From Eledone cirrhosa (Eukaryota), in assembly GCA_964016885.1 (NCBI GenBank), contig OZ024741.1, positions 337,218,001-337,282,000 on the forward strand: a DNA stretch of 64,000 bases, read 5' to 3'. Below the pieces are notes generated by a model that made no database searches, was not told the DNA's origin, and saw only the letters and a program-made list of their open reading frames with translations. Shown in pieces: positions 53,741-64,000 of the stretch; position 1 is the stretch's first letter; each line of letters opens with the position of its first letter. A program made the position numbers and the translations under genes.

Positions 53741-56700
53741 AAAGTGAAAATGATATATTGTCAATGAACGGACAATATAACGGACAATATATGTAAAATA
53801 ATAACTTCAGAAGGGCTTTAACAGTCGAAATAAACAATCCTTTATTAAATGATACATTTAATAAACTCTATACAAAAGTTGATTCACTCCCTACATACGT
53901 TGCGGATTAACAGAAATGGCTTAATTATTATGTTATGGACAGAGCTAAACGAAAGGATATGTGTGTATGCAGGAGACGAGGCGTCACAAAGTCTTTGGTT
54001 CCAAACGAAGACATTCCATAGAGTACACCCACCAAGTCGGGCCGTCATAATCGGAGAAGAATATTTGTACGTCCGCTTTCCATTGTAGCCAGCGTGGAAG
54101 AGAGAGATCAGCTACCAATTTGCTGGCCTTGTGCCTAAAGTAGAAACAATTATCACTCAATAGCCTCTCCTATATTTAAGATAGTGCCGATACAAGGGAA
54201 GTAACTCGCTAGTCACTACATCACCTCCGGGCAGATTTTTAGCTGAAAATCGTTAACGATGAATCCAAGGACCCACAAGGTACAGTTTACAAAATGTGGA
54301 AGCATGTTTCAAAACGAAGCATCCGAAAGAGAAATAGGTTCATGCATGCAAGCATTAACACAGAAAAATGTACAGTAATAAATGCAAAATGCATTTAAAA
54401 ATACCATTCGCAGTAAAGGGGCCCCATATGCGATAAACAAAAAAAATTGTGCTAGGCAATGAAAATGCCATATGTAGCAAGGTTACAAAAAATGCACTGA
54501 ACAATGAAATGCATTTAAACTGGCAACAGCCGTAATGTTACGGGATGTAACGAAAAATAACATATATTGACACTGCCGTAGGCAGTCAGGAGTCAAAAAG
54601 CAACACAATGAAATATACAGCAAAAACAATTGGAAGAAAAGAATACAATTCAGTTTATATTACTGCATAGCTTACGGGACCAATGCACCCTTCGCCCAGA
54701 ACGGGTCGTAGTTTTGTGTGTTGATGGTGGGGGAGGGGGGAGAAGAAATAGGCGTATGTGGCAAAGAAAAAGAAAGGGGCATTTGGGTTTCAAGTGTCAT
54801 TGTGTCATTGTCCAGGTTTGCTCGTTTGAGACGATCAACGGAAACCGTTTCCCTGGAACCCCGAATGTCCAGTGTGAAATGTTTGTCTGTGCGAGCAAGC
54901 ACACGATAGGGTCCAGAGTACGGCCGTTGAAGAGGGGGTCTCACGGCGTCGTCTCTAACGAACACATGTGTCCACAACGAACACATGTGTCCACAAGGAA
55001 ATATCCCTTGGGACGGCAGTTTTTACAGTCTGCTTTAGTTCGAAGAGCAAACGTCAAAGGTTTATGATCAGTGAAAATGGTGAATGTTCTACCTTCAAGT
55101 ACATGAGCAAAATGTTTCACTGATAAATAAATTGCTAATAGCTCCCTTCCAAAGGTGCTATAGCGAGTTTCGGCAGGCTTTAACTTTCTCGAAAAGAACT
55201 CGAGTGGTTGCTGTAACCCATCACACTTCTGCTGTAAGACTGCGCCCACGGCGCTATCCGAAGCATCAACACAGAGCGACAGCTCGGCGTTGGGCATGAG
55301 GTGGGCGAGCAAAGATGCAGTCGTTGACGCTTTTTTCACTTTCTCAAAATCCGCCAGGTGCGTTGCATTTAATGAAATGTTCATATTCTTCCGTCGGCAG
55401 TTTTTAAAAATTTCTGTCGACGAGGACAGTAAGCTGGAACAATTAGGCATGAATCGCCTATAAAAATTCACAAGGCCCAAGAATTGCCGTAATTGTCGAA
55501 GTGAACTTGGCGGAGGCAAATCCTGAATTGCCTTAACTTTTTCCGGAAGGGGCCGAATCCCATCGGCATCAATAAGATGACCCAAAAATGTTAGCGATGT
55601 CGAGCCGAAAACACACTTAGAAGCATTAACACGAACATTATATTTCTGTAAACGCCGAAATAAGATATCCAGATGTTTGGAATGTTGTTCAGGAGAAGAA
55701 CTAGCAATCAGTACATCATCGATATACGTGTAAACAAAATCGAGACCACGAGTGACATCATCCATGAATCGTTGGAAGGTACTTGCAGCATTTCTAAATC
55801 CGAAAGGCATAGTGAGGAACTCGAATGATCCGAAAGGAGTGGCAATAGCAGTCTTTGGAATATCCTCCTTTTTAACCGGAATTTGATTATAAGCGCGGAT
55901 CAAATCAAGCTTAAAAAAGATTCTGCAACCCTGCAATGACGATACAAAATCCTGCAAATGCGGGATTGGGTAACGGTCAGGAACAGTAATCGCGTTTAAG
56001 CGTCGGTAGTCACCCGTCGGTCTCCAATCACCAGAAGATTTAAGTACCATATGTAGAGGCGATGCCCAAGGACTTGTGGAACGCCGAATTATTCCTAATT
56101 CCAGCATGTGGTCGAATTCAGAACGTTCAGCCTTCAACCTCTCTGCAGATAATCTTCGAGGACGTGAGACAACGGGTGGTCGATATGAAATGTTCAATCG
56201 CATGATCCCGGCTAGTAATTCGTAACTTTCCTTGCGTCAACTGAGGTAATGAATGTAACAGGCTGTGATACTGGTTGCCCACTTCAGCCAAGAAAAAAAA
56301 AGGGCTGACTGTGGCGACCTCCGGCTTCGAACCCTCGAAAGAAAGGCCTGTTTCAGCATAAAAAAGGCGTTGTCTGCGGATGTCCACCGACAAGGAAAAA
56401 TGGTGGAGGAAATCCGCTCCCAAAATGGCATATGGCTAGTCGGCGATAGTAAACTTCCACTTCAAATCACGACGAAGATCTTTAAACCTAAGAGGAAGCG
56501 AAATTTGCCCGTAAGTTCGAATCGCCGTATGGTTAACTGCTCGTAAATTGATAGTGGATTCAAACTGGGTTTTTTCGAGATAACCGACTGGCCAAATACT
56601 CAGTGACGCGCCAGAATCGACGAGGAAAAATGTTCTCAACCGCAGGTCGTACACGAAAAGATGGCGGTTCGGTCGATTTTCCCAGAGCTCACTAGCCGCC

Positions 56701-57862
56701 CCTAGTGGCTCTGCTTTGCGTTTTCCGACTTCCTGTAATTACAGGGCGCGCGACAACGTTGCGCCCGACTGCCAAAGTTAACATGATACCAACAAATCGA
56801 AGAATTACTGCTGCCTAAAGTGTAGTGTTGGCGAGGAACAGAAGACGGTGGCGAACGGTACTCGTAGCGGTTTCGAGGAATAGCAGACGGAGGCGAACGG
56901 TACCTCAAACGTTGAGAAGGCTCTCTATGTTGTACGGTCAAATCGTCCACTTTTTTGGTGAGCGCTTCGATCATCTCCAACAGTTTGCTGTCGGCCACAG
57001 AAGAAGAAGCCACACAAGGATTATGCCGACTGCCGTTAGAGTCCACCTCTAGTATTCTATCCGCGAATGCGGCAAGTTGATCTAACGATTAGCTCTCCAA
57101 ATTATTGACCAAGACCATTTGCGCACTTGGCGGTAAACGGGAGAAAAATAGTTGTTTGAGGAATGGGGTGTCCATCCCCTGGGAGTCGCTCAACTCCCGC
57201 AGATGTCGCAAATAGCAGCTTGGCGTCCTGTCACCCATTTGCGCATCATCTAACAATTCCCGAAAACGACTTTCCGCTCACTTGGTATTCCTCCGAAGAA
57301 TTTCCCCTTTCAATGAGCCATAAGTAACGTCTGCGGCTAAATTGGTTACCACATCCTTCACGGAATATGCCAACGACACAGGCAAGCCACTAACTAGTAC
57401 CTTCAGTTTATGCTGTTCTTTGGTTTTGGTTAAATCGAAATAGCATTCAAGCTGCGAAAACCAGAGCTTAATATCGCCCGCAAATATCGGCAAATTATGC
57501 GAATTCATGATGGCCATAGACCCGATGAACCCTTAAAGAACGGAAGTGTTTCTCCACAGCGGCCAAACAGCGAAAAGTTGACACTGGATATCAAAATTTC
57601 ATTCAGGCGAATCTACTGGAAACGAGTGCGCCAATCTCTCGCCGGTCAAAATTAACTCGAATAAAACCACAAAAAAAAAAATTATTGTTCTCCATGAAAG
57701 TTAGTCAGTCTTAAAATTCGAAGATGGCGTCTCATAAACTTTGTTTTCCCGCGTCTAGCTTGTTTTCCTCATTCTAAGTGATTTGATTGGCTGTGTCGTG
57801 TCACATGACGACTTCTTCATCCAAAGTTAGTTTCTTAATCGGCCATCCTGGAACCTTATCGC
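53741..57862 (-). mobile_element. Ty3/Gypsy LTR retrotransposon remnant (CHCC-type gag, protease, RT, RNase H, integrase C-terminus only, 3' LTR)
   Basis: gag 57517-56702 ending CWYH..FG..A..C..PC; protease FLVDSGAS (56654-56436); [24 protein letters not shown] and RNase H DAS..RELLAI..TDHKPL (56203-54941); GPY motif (54986-54672); purine tract GGAGGTGA then TGTAGT at 54220 marks a 3' LTR start. No matching 5' LTR seen; outer boundaries approximate. Confidence 0.92.
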
Positions 57863-58111
57863 ATATATATATATGAATATATATGTAAACGGAAAAAATG
57901 AAACAAAATTTCATTTCTCATTCTTAGTACGGCTGCTACTTAAATATAAGTATGTATACGTACATACATATATGCATACAGACGTACAGTAGTATGTATA
58001 TATATATATATACATACATGCACACATATATATATATGTGTACGTATGGATTCACCGAACATTTATTATAATGCTCAGTGTGTTTGTAAACAAACATCCC
58101 GAATTATATAT

Positions 58112-58738
58112 ATAGTATATGACAGATGGTAAAATAATTTACTGCTAAACAAGTATATAATGGGTTTTTAATGAGAATACCATGAGTAAATCTAAATAAG
58201 AATTTTGGGAGTGCCAATTTTAATCACTACTTGACCAACTGGACAGTGGACAGGGCTGGTCATTTGGTGCAGTAGTATTAATAATATGAAAATGTAGATT
58301 TTAAGCGATGGTTACATTTTCATATTATAAATACTACCAGGATTGAACGCCTGTCTCTATCCCCGTTTGATTGTCAAAATAGATATGAACATTCTTTATT
58401 AGTCTTAATTCTATCAACTCTTCTATTATTTACCTTTTAATACAAACTGCTATAGATAAAATGAGATTTCTGATTTCAATTCCCTAATGCATATACCAGC
58501 TGACTACTAGCATTGATGTTATTTAGTAGCAATCGAAATCTCCCCCTTCCCCAATTGACACTTTATAATTAATACTACTGCACCAAATGACCAGCCCTGT
58601 CCACTGTCCAGTTGGTCAAGTAGTGATTAAAATTGGCACTCCCAAAATTCTTATTTAGATTTACTCATGGTATTCTCATTAAAAACCCATTATATACTTG
58701 TTTAGCAGTAAATTATTTTACCATCTGTCATATACTAT
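58112..58738. repeat. Inverted repeat, 171-bp arms with 285-bp spacer
   Basis: 58112-58282 is the reverse complement of 58568-58738. Confidence 0.92.
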
Positions 58739-58809
58739 CCCCTCTGTTCCTTCCTCTTTTACTAATATAAATACTTCAATTTTTCTGATTTTATCCAGTT
58801 TATCCAAAA

Positions 58810-58924
58810 TCTCTGAAGAAGTGACAACTGATTATACATTTGCTATCGAATACTTGCTAACATTATATGATTACGCAAGCAGCGATACATAGGTATTCGG
58901 TCTGTTACAGAAACATATGTCAAT
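58810..58924 (+). ncRNA. Hammerhead motif with long structured stem II, weak stem I
   Basis: CTGAAGA-A-GTGACA-[TATCG..CTTGC..GCAAG..CGATA]-TGTTAC-A-GAA-ACA-TA-TGT-C, AATAAA just downstream; stem I poorly paired. Confidence 0.6.
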
Positions 58925-59549
58925 ACCTAATAAATTCCTTTTTTAACAAAAGCACTTTCATTTTATATTCATCCTTTCTATATATATATGTATATTTTTT
59001 CACATGTATGTAAACAAGTGTGTGGTGTCAACATATATACATATATATATATATGTATATCTATATATTAATTTCAACAATGTCAGTATTCCGTGTGTCA
59101 TAATTCTCGATTATCATTGGTTCATAGGTTTCAAACGACTCCGCCCACCTCAACGACGCCAAACTTAAATTAATATGCATAATGCCAATGAAGGAGTGAG
59201 AGGGGAGAGTAAGAAACAGAGAGGCAAAGTGAACGCTGTAACTACTACCATGTGTGGGTGTATATGTACGTGCGCGTATGTTTATGTGTGTGTGCGTGTG
59301 TGCAGAGTTCTACAGAGAGTAAAAAAAATATTCGACTTTATCAAACAGTGAACTACAGCGGCTATGGTGTGCAGCCAGGAATGAAGAAAAACGGGCCGAA
59401 CAGCACCATCGGAACGCTGAACTTCAGAGGCCGCCATGAATGAAGAGGAGCTGGCTGAACAACGCCAACAAAACACTGGAGCCAAGCAGCGACGGCGTGC
59501 TGCGATGGTTGAAGACGAACTGGTTGAGCATCATCTTTTATATTAATTA

Positions 59550-59908
59550 TCTATATCTATATCTACATATAATATAAAAGATTGGAACATCCATTATCCT
59601 TTTCAGAAACGTGGAACAACCACATCTATGCAATGATACACTTTTTACAGTCAGGCAGAAGATGAACCATCTCCTAGAGGTCACTATTCTAGTTGGGAGC
59701 ACCTAGAATTGTTCATATACTATGCACAAACCGTACAACAAAGAATCTGGTATATCTGGAAGATTTTTTTTACTGTTTTTTGTATCACACAGACACCACG
59801 GACTCACCTCATACTGTAACCAGACAAACAACCAATACAGTCATTTTCTCTTTTACCTGTCTTTTCTTATCATCTGTTTACCTGGGCGAAGCTGGGTACG
59901 TCAGCTAG
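59550..59908 (+). mobile_element. Probable non-autonomous Helitron
   Basis: 5' A|TC(TATA..ATAAAA) start, subterminal hairpin CCTGGGCGAAGCTGGG about 10 nt before CTAG|T. Confidence 0.6.
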
Positions 59909-60438
59909 TATATATGGATGCCCTTCCTAAATGTGGTTGGTGTTAGGAAGGGCATCCAGCTGTAGAAAACCCGCCAGACAGTCCTATGCGAGCAAGACAA
60001 CCACTCTTGCCTCAAGTGGGAAAACTCCCGTCCAAACCCATGCAAGCATGGAACATGGACGTTAAACGATGATGATGATGATGATGATGATATATATATA
60101 CATATATATACCGACTTCCCACAGGTACAGGCTGAAGCTGAAAGTAGTCATGTAGGCTTCATGACAAAAACACCTAGTAGTCACTGTAAATGAGTTTGGT
60201 GTTAGGAAGGGCATCCAGCTGTAAAAATCAGGCCCAAATCAGTCCTGTATGGACAAGACATGGTCACCTGACTTGGCATTGCCCACAACAGGACAACTCG
60301 TCTAACCCATGCTAGTGTGGAATAATGGATGTAAAACAGTGGCGATGATGATGATAATGATGATGATGATGATATATATATATATGGACGTAAGATGGTG
60401 ATGATGAAGATGATATATATATATATTTATATATGTGG

Positions 60439-60471
<33 letters not shown>

Positions 60472-60896
60472 ATCACTGATCAACCTAGCATTGCTGTTAG
60501 ATTTTTTTTATTTGATGTGTAATCTCTCTCTCCCTCACACTATATATATATAATGTGAGGGAAAGAGAGAGATTACGCTTGTTCTAGAATTAATTCCATC
60601 TTAAATCTCCCCCAAAATTATACCACAATGTCCCTATCTCATGTTTTACTTCTATTCCCTAAAGGAAATTATCCTTTCACTAATTAGTATATATTCTTCG
60701 AGAAAGATCAAAGATATTTCTTCGTTTATTTTATTGATCAGTGTCAGGAGGACCATTTTGAATATATATACATATATGTGTGTGTATGTATATATATATA
60801 TATATATATGTATGTGTATATGTATATATAAATACATATATATGTATATATATATATAAATATATGTATATGTATGTATATATAAATATATACATA

Positions 60897-60954
<58 letters not shown>

Positions 60955-61186
60955 ATCTTGGCTATGTGGTTAACTCTGTAACTGTGTGGTTCTGAGTTCA
61001 ACCCAATGTACGCCATCTGGGGAATGTGTCTTCAGATTTTTTCAAGTTGTCCAATCGCTTGTGAATGGAATTTGAATAATTCCATTTTATACATATATGT
61101 GTGTGTGAGAGAGAGAGAGGGGAAGGGGGAGAAATGCAAGAGTGACAGAGGAGATGGTTAAGCTGTCTAAGAGAGAGAAGGTACAA

Positions 61187-61606
61187 ATAATTGTTTCTAC
61201 TTTAGGCACAAGGCCAGCAATTACCCAGTACATTACTGGTACTTTATTTTGTCGACCCCGTAAGGATGAAAGGCAAAGTTAACCTCGGCGGGATTTGAAC
61301 TCAGAATGGCAAGGGCCGTAACTCTATGCGTCAAAGCATGGCGTCCGACTCTCTACCGATACTGCCAATTCAATACAAATAATAGTGTGATAGAATAATG
61401 ATTTCTAGTATAGGCACAAGGCCAGCAATTTTGAAGAAAGAGAAAGTCGATTAAATCGAACCAGCATTACTGGTACTTTATTTTATCGACCCCATAAGGA
61501 TGAATGGCAAAGCTAACCTCGGCAACATTTGAACTCTGAACGTAAAGGGCCATAACCCTATGCTGCACAGCATGTTGTCCGACGCTCTACTGGTACTGCC
61601 AATCTA
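61187..61606 (-). mobile_element. Two tandem SINE family B copies
   Basis: Same units as above. Confidence 0.85.
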
Positions 61607-64000
61607 CAATAAAAATAATAATAAATAGTGGTTTCCAATTTATATATATAATGTGTTTACAAAACCTACTACATATATCTCCATGTGTGTGTCTGTGTGT
61701 CTGATTTTGTTTGTATCACCCCAGAAAGATTCGCATTGTTAAAATATTGAAATACCAGTGCCCCTTTTATTCTAATTTACTCAAAATTATCATCTCAGTA
61801 CAAATTAAATCATTGTTAAGATAATGTTGTAGTCTTCTATGTGGTCATTTGATTTTCTAGAAATTCCAGCCAAATCTTTCTATTGTCACAATCTACTGTC
61901 TTAATATAACAAGGAAGAACTTATTGGATAACGTTGTCCTAGATAAACTGTTTGAAAAAAAAAATGATGAGATGGCCAGGGCTGGAATGTCTTTTATTAT
62001 AGGTCTAGTCAATCAGTACTAACCTGATCTGGTCACTCAGTACTGACCTGGATCTAAATTTAAAAAAAAAAAAATTAAAAGAGACTTTGAAATATTTTAA
62101 AAATATTTTTTATATGGAGGCTGTAGTAGTGCCTATGGTTTTCATAGGTCTCCTGAGACCAGAGAGATCGATTGTCATAGATGTTCTGTGTTCTGTTTAA
62201 ATTGTTGTGGGTTCACTTCTTTGGAAAATACATGAGTAGAGAGGGGTGGGAGTAGTTTTAGAAGACTGGCATTGTGGGGTTGTGAGCAGGAAGGATTGGA
62301 TGTAACAGTTAGTGCATGTGCTGGGTGGAGTGCGGTAGACACATCATAGGTGAAGCAAGGAAGAGATAAATGAGTTCCAGTGGGCCCATGTTCTGAACAG
62401 GAAAAACTGGGAGTAGCAGTAAGTTTGGGGTATGTGCTGGGTGGAGGTGAACACAATATGGATGATGAAAGGAGAAGAGAAGTGAGTCAGGAGTTTCTTG
62501 GTGGGGGTGACATAAGGGGAAACAATATTTAATCCATTAGCCATATTTATACTTGTTTCTTAATTTTTATTTTTTTCATTTTCTTGTGGGGTAGGGGTTC
62601 TTTCTTTTTCAACTTTTTGGGGGGAGGGTCTCTTTTAATTTTCTTTTTAGAGAGGACAGAGGGGGCTCTCTTTTATTTGAATTTCTTTTACTTAGTAAAA
62701 ATCATATAAAAACTTTATAAATGTTTCATAGGATATAAATATATTTGTCTCTTCAAGTAAGATAATTAAACTATACAGGCAGGGAATTAGCAAATTCTTG
62801 TAGTATTTATTATAGTTCTCTAAAATATGAGTTTTAATCTTACCAAGGTCAACACTGCATTCCACCATTCAGGATCAATATAACAAAGGACTAGTACCAG
62901 GCAGGAGTTTGGGTTAATTTTTATTATTACACCCAGGGTCCCCTCACACTTACAGCTAGAGAACGAGTTAACTAAAGAAATGAGTAATTTCCTGAAATTT
63001 GTTATTCCTATGATTTTTTTAAATGTATTTTCATTGAATATGGTCTTCAAAACCATCATAACTTACTCATTTTCTGTAGTTCCTTCACCTAAGGACTCTT
63101 TGTTCACACCAGGGTGCCATTAGACTGACAGTTGAAATAAATTCAGTAAGAGTGTTAAAGAAATATACATTAAGTGGGTGATCTGAGTTTAACACTGTAA
63201 TTTTATTTTTGTCAACCTGAAACTAGTATCATTTTGTTGGAAAGCTAGCAACGAATTCCAACCTACCAATGTGTATGTAACAACATTTGTATGTAACAAA
63301 TATTGGAAATCATTGAGTTTATGTAAGATTTATATGTTAAAAAGGTTGTCAATGAACTCAAATCTATGCATACATGTGTTTGGGCATGAGAGAGGGGGGG
63401 GGGTAGAAAGATATATATATAAAGAGAGAGAGAAGGAATGCAAGTACATGAACACAGAAACAATGGGCTTCTGCAGAGTTTATGTTAACCAAATTCACCT
63501 CTCGAGCTAATGGTTAACCTGTAGCTAGGGTAGAAGACACTTACACATGTTATCCTGAAGCAGTATCGAACTTGTAACTCTGCAACTGTAAAACAAACTT
63601 CTTAATCACATAGCCATTCTTGGTCACATGTCCAAGTTCACAAATATTCTTTATAAGGACGAGAATCTGTGACATTTATGTCTTTCACAATGGTTTTAGA
63701 AGTTAAATGAGTTTGATTGGCTCCAGTTGAAAAACTGTCCATCAGAAGTTTTCGTGGTGGAACCAGAAATATATAGTTGTCAGAAAAAGAGTTTGTTAAA
63801 TATTTGTAGAGAAAAACTTTTGTCTGAAAACTATATTGAAAATAGAGCTATATTCAGCATCTAAACAATGGCGCATTGGACCAAATTGCTATTATTTTAA
63901 TGAAGTCTTTTTTGTTTCCTTTCATGTGTGCGTGTAGCTTTCAATTATTGTTTCTGTCTTCAACAGCCGTAATGCCATGACATGAGAGCTAGTGATTTTA

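Noticed and set aside
53595-58030. Direct repeats as the Gypsy LTR pair
   Set aside because: No TG..CA ends or adjacent PPT/PBS; the PPT-adjacent LTR start at 54220 is a different sequence.

Overview
AT-rich, microsatellite-saturated animal genomic DNA. The repeat content ((TA)n/(CA)n/(GAT)n tracts, RTE LINEs, two tRNA-headed SINE families) and the host gene are most consistent with an octopus/cephalopod genome (inference, not proven). The only host coding sequence I can support is two phase-compatible, splice-site-bounded + strand exons (39036-39207 and 45116-45381) that resemble a protocadherin cytoplasmic tail, so most of the window is probably intron. Recognisable mobile elements: a 5'-truncated RTE LINE with a PHD-like finger inside its RT (34535-37326, -), a Penelope-like element (RT C-terminus plus GIY-YIG, 49607-50869, +), an integrase-deleted Ty3/Gypsy element (about 53741-57862, -), CR1/L2-type tails, pogo/Tigger-type MITEs, a probable Helitron and many SINEs. 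The most striking signal, found by reading both strands, is about 20 type-I hammerhead ribozyme motifs (CTGANGA...GAAA...NTH with stems I-III, plus core variants) from roughly ten unrelated sequence families. They sit in short non-coding fragments embedded in (TA)n tracts, and many lie in fold-back palindromes (arms up to about 200 bp, several perfect). This points to a dense, diverse population of non-autonomous Penelope-like, ribozyme-carrying elements and/or a (TA)n-primed fold-back duplication process. All folds were assigned by eye and none is shown to be active. Nearly all ORFs in the supplied track are microsatellite artefacts.
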